Of a stretch of 64,000 nucleotides of DNA, positions 20,297-30,500 are shown piece after piece (the stretch's first letter is position 1; each line of letters begins with the position of its first letter). Under the pieces are notes generated by a model. It was not told where the DNA came from and made no database searches. It saw only the letters and a program-made list of their open reading frames with translations. Origin of the DNA: Mucilaginibacter sp. Lineage in GTDB: Bacteria; Bacteroidota; Bacteroidia; Sphingobacteriales; Sphingobacteriaceae. The translations under genes were made by a program, and so were the position numbers. The stretch covers positions 36,708-100,707 of the forward strand of contig JAYUEE010000011.1 in assembly GCA_043739405.1 (NCBI GenBank). The letters are read 5' to 3'.

Positions 20297-22015
20297 TCAC
20301 CACCCCAGTTTAGTATCATCCCCACGCGGGTCGGCGCCACCTTCATAATACCCCCATTTGGTTTTTAAAATAGCATCAACCCTGCCACTGGGACCACCTT
20401 CTTTAATTTTATACCCTTTTTTTGCCAATTTAATTTTGGTGACGCTATCCAGCGCGCCGCGTTCTGTGAAAATCGTATCCGGCAGCCATTGATGATGAAA
20501 ACGTTTGGAGTTTACCGCCTGCTGCATACTTTGATTAAACTCGGTTACGTTCAGTATCGTTTGAAAAACTGAGGTGATAATGGTTGAACCACCCGGCGTG
20601 CCTACCACCATAAATAATTTACCATCCTTCTCCAGGATAGTTGGAGTCATTGACGATAACATCCTTTTGTTTGGCTGTATGCTATTAGCCTTACCGCCTA
20701 CCAGGCCAAACATATTGGGTACACCAGGTTTCGAACTGAAATCATCCATCTCATCATTCAGCAAAAACCCGGCGCCCTTAACAAATATCCTGGAGCCAAA
20801 ACTGTTATTCAATGTGGTGGTAATAGCTACCGCATTCCCCTCCCGGTCTACTATGGAATAGTGGGTTGTCTGATCGCTTTCGTAACCAGCAAGTTTGCCG
20901 GGCAAAATGTCCGAACTCAATGTGGCTTTATCCCAGTTAAAATTGCTCATCCGCAATGTATTATAACCCGGCTTTAATAAGCTATCAACCGGCACTTTAT
21001 AAAAATCAGGATCACCCAGATATTTCGACCGGTCGGCATACACCCTGCGTTCGGCCTCAACCGCTAACTGCACCGTCGAATCACTATTGAAACCCCAGCG
21101 CGTTAAAGGGTATTTTTCCACCGATTGCAGCAACTGCAGCAAAGCAACCCCTCCGCTTGATGGCGGCGGCATCGTGATGATCTTATAGCCCTTGAATTGA
21201 CCGGTAAGTGCTTTGCGCCATACGGAATGATAATTTTTCAAGTCTTCTTTTGATATCAAACCGGCCCCACTTTGCATTTCAGTCACCAGTTCGTCAGCCA
21301 CCTTACCTTCATAAAAACCGGCACGGCCCTTATCGCGTATCAGTTCCAATGTTTTTGCCAGGTCTTCTTGAACCAGCAAGTCGCCCTCCTGCCATTGGCC
21401 ATCTTTTACCAGGTAGTTTTTCCCAGGGTTCAGCTTTCTGAATTCTGCGGCAGTCTCATTAAGTCCGTTGGCCAGGTGTTTAGTGATTTTAAACCCGTTG
21501 CGGGCAAGATCGATCGCCGGCTGCACTAACTCTTCCCATTTCAAATGTCCATATTTTTGATGTGCCTCAAACATACCATCAACCGAGCCGGGAACACCCG
21601 ACGCCTGGTGTGTGGATAAGCTCATATCGGGTATAACATTCTTCGCCGGATCCAGAAACATATCCTGGCTTGCCCCGGAAGGGGCTTTCTCACGAAAATC
21701 CAGCGTGTTGGTACTGCCGCTTGCCGAACGGTAGACCATAAAACCGCCTCCGCCAATATTCCCGGCTTCGGGCAGGGTCACCGTTAGTGCAAACTGTACG
21801 GCTACAGCGGCGTCAACCGCATTACCTCCTTTTTTTAATACATCCAAACCCACTTTAGCGGCATCCGGAAATGCGCAAACTACCATACCGTTGCGGTATT
21901 CGTCGCCGTTATCATGGCCAAGTGTGCCCCGCGTACAGCTTAAAGGCACAAAACATACCATCAATATAAGCAGCAATAATTGATAATTCCATTTTCTTTT
22001 GGGGAAATGCGCCAT
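20297..22015 (-). CDS. ggt: Gamma-glutamyltransferase
   Basis: 572 aa with a signal/lipobox region, the autoprocessing and catalytic Thr context DQTTHYSIVD, and PGGSTIITSV. Confidence 0.9.
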   Translation of the reverse strand: MAHFPKRKWNYQLLLLILMVCFVPLSCTRGTLGHDNGDEYRNGMVVCAFPDAAKVGLDVLKKGGNAVDAAVAVQFALTVTLPEAGNIGGGGFMVYRSASGSTNTLDFREKAPSGASQDMFLDPAKNVIPDMSLSTHQASGVPGSVDGMFEAHQKYGHLKWEELVQPAIDLARNGFKITKHLANGLNETAAEFRKLNPGKNYLVKDGQWQEGDLLVQEDLAKTLELIRDKGRAGFYEGKVADELVTEMQSGAGLISKEDLKNYHSVWRKALTGQFKGYKIITMPPPSSGGVALLQLLQSVEKYPLTRWGFNSDSTVQLAVEAERRVYADRSKYLGDPDFYKVPVDSLLKPGYNTLRMSNFNWDKATLSSDILPGKLAGYESDQTTHYSIVDREGNAVAITTTLNNSFGSRIFVKGAGFLLNDEMDDFSSKPGVPNMFGLVGGKANSIQPNKRMLSSMTPTILEKDGKLFMVVGTPGGSTIITSVFQTILNVTEFNQSMQQAVNSKRFHHQWLPDTIFTERGALDSVTKIKLAKKGYKIKEGGPSGRVDAILKTKWGYYEGGADPRGDDTKLGW

Positions 22016-22238
22016 CGTTAAATTTATTGATTGGCCTAATTTAGCCTATTTTTTAATTAAACAATCGTAACAAATTGGTGCATATGATTGTTATGATAGC
22101 AAATATTATTGCTATTGTTTTTTCTTCCCATTGTAAAATAAATAAGTTTTACTATTGAAAATCAGCAATATACAGCGTGCAATTACAGTCATTTATAATT
22201 AAACAGGAAAAACTAACGTTATTTGTAATAAAAAATCT

Positions 22239-22748
22239 ATGAACAAAGCTGCTTACATCTTATTTCTTTTGGGTGCATTTTTATTGATTGGAAAAACATC
22301 AAACGCACAGGATTACAAACCCGATTACCAGTTTGCCGCTGGCCTTAAATTCGGCGGGTACGAGAACGGTTTCTCGGGTAAATACTTTATGGACAAAACC
22401 ACCGCTATCGAAGCTGAGTTAGGGCTTCGCTCTCCGCACGGCCTGGTTATAACCGGCCTGTACGAGATCAATCACCAGATCGGCAACATACCGGGGTTCA
22501 AATTCTACTATGGTTTCGGTGCGCATATCGGCGCAGTTGGCGCCGGGTTTTACAAAAGGTTCAATGGTGATAACCAACTGTACACCAGCAGCCAGATATT
22601 ATTGGGTGCCGATGGGGTTGTGGGCCTTGAATATGTGATTCCGCAATCGCCTATTGCGGTCAGTTTTGATCTTAACCCAAGGCTCGAACTTGCCACAGGG
22701 CCGTTTTTTGATATCGCGCCGGGTTTAGGGATAAAATACTGTTTCTGA
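22239..22748 (+). CDS. Small outer-membrane beta-barrel protein (hypothetical)
   Basis: 169 aa with a signal peptide (SNA/QDY), alternating Gly/aromatic strands and a C-terminal KYCF. Confidence 0.55.
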   Translation: MNKAAYILFLLGAFLLIGKTSNAQDYKPDYQFAAGLKFGGYENGFSGKYFMDKTTAIEAELGLRSPHGLVITGLYEINHQIGNIPGFKFYYGFGAHIGAVGAGFYKRFNGDNQLYTSSQILLGADGVVGLEYVIPQSPIAVSFDLNPRLELATGPFFDIAPGLGIKYCF

Positions 22749-22770
22749 TAAATTAGTTAAGTGGTTGATT

Positions 22771-22853
22771 GGGTTGGATTAAGTTGATTGAGTTTGATAT
22801 TCATTCAAAAACTTAACTCAATCAACCATTCAACTTAATCAACTATTCAACCC
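22771..22853. terminator. Long imperfect word-like hairpin between convergent genes
   Basis: Core 12-bp perfect stem GTTGATTGAGTT (22783-22794) / AACTCAATCAAC (22815-22826). Outer pairings are GATTAA/TTAATC and GGGTT/AACCC. Both arms are built from GTTGATT-like words. Confidence 0.5.
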
Positions 22854-22858
22854 ACCCG

Positions 22859-25800
22859 CTACCTGTCAATAATCACCTTGCGGGTATATTTCTTCTGATT
22901 TAGCAGCAGCTTCAAAACATAAGTTCCCGGGGGAAGCTGGCTCACATTGATCACCGTACTAAAGTTTCCGGCAGGCAATATCTTTTGCTCTGAATAGGTC
23001 GGTTGCCCGGCACTATTTACCAGCGAGAGGTCCATACTGGCAGCGTTTTTTGCTGCAAATACCACATTTAACTGGCCATTAGCTGGTACAGGAAAAAGCG
23101 TAAGTCCGATGTCATTAGCACCCGGGTTGGCTGAAAGTACCACGTAAACAAAATTAGCCGATTGTGCTATACAACCATTGCTTAACGGAACATCAACCCG
23201 GTAATTGCCGCTTTGCGTCGGGGTATAAGTCTGACCGGTAGCCCCGCCAATTGCCACACCATCCAGGTACCATTGATTCCCCGCTGTGAAATTCGAACTT
23301 AAAACTGTGCCATTTTGCGTGATGATTGGATTGATCACCGAAACGGCCTGCTTAGCAACTGAGGCACATCCCGGGCTCATCAAATGCATATCGTAAAAAA
23401 AGTAATAGAAGTGTTTATAATAAGCGGTATCGGTAGAGGACGTGGCCGTATTGCTCACGATGCTGACCACATCACCAATTTTGAAAGGATAGCCTGTTAC
23501 ACCACCGTTATTACGGTAAATAGTTGCCGTATTGTCGTACGATGCGCTGATGCTGTATAAGCCCGCGGAGGGTAGTAATAAATTCAAATCATATACCTGC
23601 CCTGTATCATTAGGGTCGTCAGCCTGCGCGCCGGGCTGCGGGTTTGTACTCGTGGCCACTGCATTTATAGTAGTGGATGATACCACTTCGCCTGTTGAGT
23701 CGGCAACGGAAAAAGTTATTTTACCTGAGTTGCCAATATACAAGCGCGCGCGTGAAATAATTATCGGAATACGTGTAAATACATTCATTGCAGGCGTAAA
23801 CTGGTTATACCCACCGGCGGTAAAGGCAGTTTTTGCAGCGGGGCCTACCGTTCCGCTGAAATCATTCAAACCGACATAGTAGGTATTATTGATAGGAGCC
23901 TGGGTTATAATAGTCGGGTTACCATAAGCAAATGGTATAACATCCGTATTGTTGTGATACCAGAGTAGCTCGCCATCCCCGATTCCCGATAATAACCAGG
24001 CATTGCTTGAATTACAATAATTTGCGTTTAATGCGCTTGCAACCGGCGGACTTGGCATCGTAACCGTATCTGCTACCTGGTTATTACCAGGTACCAGGTC
24101 GCCGGCCAGATTGGTGGCTGCTGTAATGGTATAGGTAGTTCCGGGACTAATGTTAAACGGCGTGCTGAAAGTAAAATTATCTTGTGCAGAAGGTGCCAGG
24201 GTGCTGGTATAAGTCCCGTTGAAGGTGGTTACTGTGCCATTAGCGGCAGTTATCGTCACAACTACCGGGATGGCGTTAAGAGGCGAGCTTCCATAGTTTT
24301 TAATCGTGACGGTGACCGGCACTGCGCCTGAACAGCTACCTCCGGAGGCGGGGCTAACCACTGCAATTGCCCCGGCATCAGTGCTCGTTTGCAAAAACTG
24401 CACCCTGTAATCCTGGGTTTCGCCTTTGGCGTAGTTGCCGCAGGCCAGGATGGTTGAGGGATCTGTCGTTTCCGTTAGTACCACCCGCATAAGGCTGTAA
24501 TTACCCGGCGTTACTGTACCGGGAACAGTGATATTTGTTGTATAGGTTCCTGTACTGCTTAACACCGGGGTTGTGGCAACTAATTCACCTGGGGCAAAGG
24601 TCCCGTCGCCATTCCAGTCAATAAATACTTTCGCTATCTTGTTAAAATCCGCGCCACAGGTACCCAAAGTAAGACTCAAAGGATAAGTTTTACCTTGTTC
24701 CAGTTGCACTGTAAGGTTGGTAAAGTCTGAATAAGCAGTGCAGCCTGCAGGGGGTGTATTATTTAAATTCGACAAGGTGACATTGTTAATACGCGAATCG
24801 GCGCTCGACAGCGGCCCGGATGCGCAATAAGCGGCGCCGCCGACACCCGTAGCGATAAGCGAATAAGCCTGTGAGCCCGAGTTTAGAGTTCCCTTATGCG
24901 AAACCGTAATAGTATAGGCCCTTCCGGGGATCGCACCCAAAATATAAACCTGCTCCACGTTATCCCTGATATTATCCCCTTTAGTTGCCGCAACAGAAGG
25001 GTTATTTGGGTCAAGCACCCAGGGGAAAAACGTGTTGGTACCGTCGCTTATCCTGATATCAAGGTCGTTCACCAGCTTAGGCGTGCGGTCATTAATAGTG
25101 CCATCCGGAGTTATATTGCCTTCAGGGTCGGTCCACGCAATCGTCGCTACAAGGGGCCCGTTGCCTGACGCAACTACGTTAAGCGTCTGCGTCTGTCCTT
25201 GAGTTAAGGTATTTTCTTTTATGATGCTTTTCGTGCCATTATCGGTAACGGCCTGTGCAGCGCCCTTCATATCAAGCAGCCCCCATCCGTAAATATAATC
25301 GGGACCAATATTGCCCGCATCAAAGGCGGTATGGCAAGCTAAGCCTTTAAGCGTTGCGGAACGCATAAAAACGCCCCCGTTTTTTTTACCGTAATATTCC
25401 TGTAACAAGTACAACGAGCCCGTAACATTAGGCGCCGCCTGCGATGTACCCGATAACGTAATATAACTTGTAGGGCTTGCGCTGCCACATGACAATACAT
25501 TCAGGCCATTGGCGACAATGTCAGGCTTTACACGGCCATCGTCCGTAGGGCCCCAACTGCTAAAGAACGTTGTTGATATATTTTGCGAACTCGTTGGACC
25601 GTAGGGAAGGGGATTTATCGCTCCAACTGTTAAAATATTTTTGGCATTCCCGGTTGTACTAATACAGTCGTAGCTATTGTTACTACTAATGTTTGCAGGC
25701 CGTGGACCCTTATCAACAAAAGTTTGGTTGCTGGCACTTTGAAAACCATAATAATCGGCCCCAACTGCCGGACCGGTATTGCCACGCGCGTTTCCAGCCG

Positions 25801-26596
25801 ATTCAACTATCAAATAATAAGGTGCTTTATAGGCTATCTGGTCAAACGCCTGCGTGCGGTCTGAATAAAATCCGAACGAATAATCTACGGTATCACCCGG
25901 CAAACCCAGCCATTCCCAGCGGTTATTGGCATCGTCAAAATTCCAGCCCGCTTCATCGCCGTAGGAGTGATTGGAAAGCAGCAAATTTGGTGATGCAGCT
26001 GCCATTTCACCAACGTCATTGTTAAAATCGTAGGATTGCAGGGTAGTGGCATTAAAAGCCATCCCCTTTACGGGAGCATAAACACCTTTTGCGAGCATGG
26101 TACCACTTACATGGGTGGCGTGGTCTATTACGGTGGAGTTGTTGTCCCCGATTGTAATTGCTTTACCTGCAAATTCCTGGTGTGCCTTATATACCCAACC
26201 GCCATCCCAGATCGCTAATTTATTATTCAAAAATGCACTTGAGCCGGATAAATTCAATCCTAGCGAACCACCAGGCTGCACGGCTGTAGTATTTGTAGTT
26301 GCAGCGGATATAATGTTGTCATCGGTGATCAAATAAATAGGGAAACCCAATTTATTAACCCCTTGCAGGGATAAAAAACCGCCGTTTTTTGTTTTCCTGC
26401 TCACGGGCCATCCATATAGATGCGCAAGTGCGAGGGCTTTTTGATGGGCCGATAGATAAGTTGTATTGGCTTTGGCAGATAAAGCATCCAGTTCCCTTTT
26501 TTTATCCGGCGATACCAACACCTGCTGGCAAAAAGCTTCCCCGGTAACAAAAAATAAAAAAATGCCTGTAAGTAGTGAAGTAAATCTTATCCTCAT
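22859..26596 (-). CDS. S8 (subtilisin-like) serine peptidase, multidomain, with T9SS type A C-terminal sorting domain
   Basis: 1245 aa with a signal peptide. Triad contexts are AIWDGG (Asp), DHATHVSGTM (His) and SGTSQAAPNVTGS (Ser). A long beta-sandwich region follows. The C-terminus reads LFPVPANGQLNVVF...GTYVLKLL...KVIIDR. Confidence 0.85.
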   Translation of the reverse strand: MRIRFTSLLTGIFLFFVTGEAFCQQVLVSPDKKRELDALSAKANTTYLSAHQKALALAHLYGWPVSRKTKNGGFLSLQGVNKLGFPIYLITDDNIISAATTNTTAVQPGGSLGLNLSGSSAFLNNKLAIWDGGWVYKAHQEFAGKAITIGDNNSTVIDHATHVSGTMLAKGVYAPVKGMAFNATTLQSYDFNNDVGEMAAASPNLLLSNHSYGDEAGWNFDDANNRWEWLGLPGDTVDYSFGFYSDRTQAFDQIAYKAPYYLIVESAGNARGNTGPAVGADYYGFQSASNQTFVDKGPRPANISSNNSYDCISTTGNAKNILTVGAINPLPYGPTSSQNISTTFFSSWGPTDDGRVKPDIVANGLNVLSCGSASPTSYITLSGTSQAAPNVTGSLYLLQEYYGKKNGGVFMRSATLKGLACHTAFDAGNIGPDYIYGWGLLDMKGAAQAVTDNGTKSIIKENTLTQGQTQTLNVVASGNGPLVATIAWTDPEGNITPDGTINDRTPKLVNDLDIRISDGTNTFFPWVLDPNNPSVAATKGDNIRDNVEQVYILGAIPGRAYTITVSHKGTLNSGSQAYSLIATGVGGAAYCASGPLSSADSRINNVTLSNLNNTPPAGCTAYSDFTNLTVQLEQGKTYPLSLTLGTCGADFNKIAKVFIDWNGDGTFAPGELVATTPVLSSTGTYTTNITVPGTVTPGNYSLMRVVLTETTDPSTILACGNYAKGETQDYRVQFLQTSTDAGAIAVVSPASGGSCSGAVPVTVTIKNYGSSPLNAIPVVVTITAANGTVTTFNGTYTSTLAPSAQDNFTFSTPFNISPGTTYTITAATNLAGDLVPGNNQVADTVTMPSPPVASALNANYCNSSNAWLLSGIGDGELLWYHNNTDVIPFAYGNPTIITQAPINNTYYVGLNDFSGTVGPAAKTAFTAGGYNQFTPAMNVFTRIPIIISRARLYIGNSGKITFSVADSTGEVVSSTTINAVATSTNPQPGAQADDPNDTGQVYDLNLLLPSAGLYSISASYDNTATIYRNNGGVTGYPFKIGDVVSIVSNTATSSTDTAYYKHFYYFFYDMHLMSPGCASVAKQAVSVINPIITQNGTVLSSNFTAGNQWYLDGVAIGGATGQTYTPTQSGNYRVDVPLSNGCIAQSANFVYVVLSANPGANDIGLTLFPVPANGQLNVVFAAKNAASMDLSLVNSAGQPTYSEQKILPAGNFSTVINVSQLPPGTYVLKLLLNQKKYTRKVIIDR

Positions 26597-26838
26597 TTGC
26601 CGGTCAATAATAAAGAATTTCGCTCACATTGGCATTCTCCGCTATCTTTTACAGGATTTCATACTGAAAAGTTGCCCGTTGGCTGGGATATTCTTTTAAT
26701 TATACCTGCGCTTAAAACCAAACAAATGAAACTTAACGTATATTATTTGACTCATTATCAGTTTTTTTATTAATTTAAAGCAACATTTTAAAGGAGCATT
26801 TCGTATAAAGGTTGTGTTATAATTATAAAACGTTAAAA

Positions 26839-26846
26839 TAATTTTG
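26839..26846 (+). promoter_or_regulatory. Bacteroidota-type -7 promoter box TAATTTTG upstream of the 64-aa ORF
   Basis: Matches the TAnnTTTG consensus 28 nt upstream of ATG 26874. A TTG lies at 26813-26815 in roughly the -33 position. Confidence 0.35.
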
Positions 26847-26873
26847 TAACATTGATGTTTTAAACTAAAAACG

Positions 26874-27068
26874 ATGAAACTGAAAGCCGGGATAAGTTTA
26901 TTTGTATTAGTTCTAATAAGCGTAATTACGGCTCATGCTCAGGGCTTGCCTTGCGGTGGTGATGACCCCGATGCTACCTGTCCGCTTGATACCTGGGTAA
27001 TAGTGCTGGTTGCCGTTTCATCTGTTTTTGCTGCTCTTACTTTATTCAGAAGAAAAAGAGCTATCTGA
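26874..27068 (+). CDS. 64-aa secreted mini-protein: signal peptide + ~15-aa Cys-x10-Cys core + PLD/TM/RRKR C-terminal tail
   Basis: MKLKAGISLFVLVLISVITAHA/QGLPCGGDDPDATCPLDTWVIVLVAVSSVFAALTLFRRKRAI. It has its own promoter-like box and sits alone in a 950-nt spacer. Confidence 0.5.
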   Translation: MKLKAGISLFVLVLISVITAHAQGLPCGGDDPDATCPLDTWVIVLVAVSSVFAALTLFRRKRAI

Positions 27069-27334
27069 ATTCCCTTAAAATTCTTGTAAATTATAAACTT
27101 ACGCTGCAGACTTGGCGGACCCGTCGATTTTCTTTTTTTAACTTTTATTTAATTTTTCCAAGGAGAAAAGGCAATTTCTGAATTTTATAACGTGCCGATT
27201 CATAACGAGTTATAGAATTCACTTATTGCTGCTTTCGGCGAATATTATTGTTAATTTTGGCGATTAATAATATTACGGGCCAAATTCCGAAAAATGCCTT
27301 TTTAGCCTAATTAGACCGCATTTTCACGAATTTA

Positions 27335-27367
27335 ACGTGGGGAATATTTCTCAAAACGGGGAATATT
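27335..27367 (+). promoter_or_regulatory. Conserved upstream boxes ACGTGGGGAATATT ... GGGGAATATT, ~215 nt before paralog 1
   Basis: The same arrangement recurs before paralog 2 (31614-31647). Here it is flanked by a 9-bp inverted repeat, CACGAATTT 27325-27333 / AAATTCGTG 27377-27385. Confidence 0.45.
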
Positions 27368-27549
27368 AGCGCATCAAAATTCGTGTTACGGCACCGAATA
27401 TTGTCCAAAACAGCCACTTTCCGCGATTTTATCCACAAAAAGCACAAATTTCGCTGTAATTAAATCCTTTTTGCATTTAGTGCACAGTTATTGCCTGTAT
27501 CAGTACGCATACTATTATTCATTAATTAAAAGTTACTCGCAGGAGCTTT

Positions 27550-30500
27550 ATGAAAATTTTGAAAATACATTTACTACATATATTATTTACTACCAGCCTA
27601 CTATGCCTATTCGGTATGAACAGCTATGCCCAAACCACATATGATTGGTTAGGAACAGGTGCTCCGGGTAATAGACAAGACTGGACCAACGTGAAAAACT
27701 GGCGATCAACAACTGGTGGAGTAACTACCAATCCGGCAACCACCTACCCCGGGCAAAGCGGATCGACCGATATCGTTAACATCGGCGTAAATGTCACGTT
27801 TCACGCCGTTGGCCTTCAGCCTGTAATAAACACAGGCGCGACCATTAACATAGCTTCGCTTAATATGGGCGACAACATGGTAACGGTTGGGAATCAGTGG
27901 TCAATAATATTAACGATAAACGGGACATTGAATATCACCGGTGCCTTCACACAAATGCACAGCACGGTTGGTACGGCGGGTTCAGGAAATACTGCTGTTA
28001 CCCGGCCCATTCAAAATTATCTTATTGGTTCAGGCACTATGACCTGTGGTTCTATTGTAATGGGGGACAATACCGTGCCAGCGGCCAGCAATGTGGTTAA
28101 TGCTACAGGTTTTAAAATGGGCAGTAATGGCGCCGGTGGTTCGACACTAACAGTAATAGATAACGGTGATTTTATTCTCAACTCACCGGGCAGCAAAGAC
28201 GCTAGCAATAATATTTTAAGCGAGAGTTTTAGTGAGTTCTCATTTGCTGCAGGTACATTAAGCATTACTGGCCAGATCAAAATAACTGATATTGCGGCTC
28301 CATATGTTGTTCCCTCTCCTTCGGTAATTTATACACCCCTGGCATGGTTTTCCATGGACCTTTTTGCCAATGCTGATAGTCCCGTTTTAAACTTATACAA
28401 TGCGTCACCATTGTCAATTCAAACAGGCAACAACAGAAATAGCGTCGATTTTTATAATATAAACGCTTCTGGCGGTACCGGTACATCTACTGTTAATTAT
28501 GCTGGTACAGGTGCAACGCAGGATATTCCCGTATATAAAAACAACGGCACTGTGTATAGTTTTGTGGAGACTAACCCAAGCGTCTACCAGAATGTTACGT
28601 TTTCCGGCGCAGGGACTAAATCAGTATCAGCAAGTGCGAGTTCAGGTACGTTTTCTGTTGCAGGTAATTTCACCCTTGCGGCTGGCACCGAAACGGTCAA
28701 CGTTTCGACAAATACTCCTATACTAACGATAGGGGGGAACTACTCCTCTGCAAGTGGCACAAACCTGATTAAAAGCGATGCGGCAGCTTTAACAATACCT
28801 GGCACAACAACTAACGGAGGTACGTTTACCCATTCAGGCGGTGCAGCTATTACCTTTACCGGCGCATTTACTAATACAGCCACGGGCATTTACAACCAGA
28901 CAGGGAGCGGTACGGTTACCGCGAGCAGCACAACAAGCAATGCGGGTACTTATAATCAATCGGGCACCGCACTTGCCACTTTTACAGGCGCGGTAACCAA
29001 TACAGGTACCATCAATCAAACCAATACAGGTAACATTTTATTTTCGGCCGCTTTTACCAATTCAGGTTCAGGTTCGGTACTATCACAAACCGGTGGCGCA
29101 ACAATAAATTTCGCCAATACCGCTTCCAATGACGGTACCATTACCCAAAACAATGCCAGCGGGATATTCAATTTTAACAATACATTTTCTAATACCCTTA
29201 GCGGCTCAAAATTTACTTTGACCACGGGCACCTCTAATTTCCTCAATTCGTATAGTAATAGCGGCACATTCAGGCAAACCGGCGGTACGGTTAACTTTAA
29301 CCAGCCTACTTCACAAAGTTTAACTGATAATAGTACGTCCTCACCCGGCACGTCATTAACAGCGGCGTTTGGCGGAACCACGTTTAGTAATGTTAATATG
29401 AAAAACGGGGGAACGATTGCCATGTCTGGAACAGGGCGATTCTATATTTCAGACGCAGGTTTTCTGAATATGAGTAATAATACAACACTGGCTGCCGGCG
29501 GTGTATTAACCTTAATTTCTGATGCAAGCGGTTCTGCGACAGTGCCAGCGATACCCACAGGCTGCAGCATTACTGGCAATGTAACCGTGCAGCGCTATAT
29601 ATCTGCAAACAGGGCTTACCGCCTGATTTCGTCGCCCGTTTTTGCCGGCAACGATGGTACAAACAATTATTACAGCGTAAATTATTTGTTAACTAATTCT
29701 GTGGTAACAGGTGACGGCGGCGGCCCTTTCAGCAAAGCTGGCAACCCGACGTTGTACCTATGGCGCGAAAATATTGTACCTCAAAATACATCCTTTTTTA
29801 GTGGAAATTTCAGGGGTGTAGCCAATATTAGTAGCCCTGCCTCTTATGGCATGGATGATGCCGCTTACCCGACAACCAATATACCTGTTGGTAATGGTTA
29901 CCTGTTTTATTACAGGGGAAGTATTAAACAGGCCAGCCTTGCTGCGCTAACTACCGCCGGTGCGGCAGCAACAACTGACACGTTAAATGCCACAGGTACC
30001 TTAAACCAGGGGAACATAACCGTACATGACTGGTACACGCCAGCTTCGGCCAACCTTGGTTGGACGACAACAAACGCGGGAAACGCTTCCATCCAGGGTA
30101 TTAACCTGGTTGGTAATCCTTATGCAAGCGCTATTGATTGGGATAAGATAGATTCGGTAAGCAGCGCAGGGGCCATTTATACTCAGAATGTAGCTCCGTT
30201 CAGTTACCAGCTTGTCCCATCCGGGCTGCAGGGTAGCGGGAACTACAATGTATACAGAGCAGGTTCAGGAGGAATCGGCACCCAGGGCACAGCTAACAGT
30301 AATATTATCCCCAGCGGCGAGGGCTTCCTGATACAAGCGGAGAACGCATCTGCTTCCATAACTTTCAGCGAAGCAGCAAAATTAAATACAGTGGTAACCG
30401 GGAGTAGCTTATATCTTGCAAAAAAAATACCTTCTGTTACCCAACCGCAGTTTCTGCGGCTGCAACTATCTATGGATTCAATAAATACAGACGGAACAAT

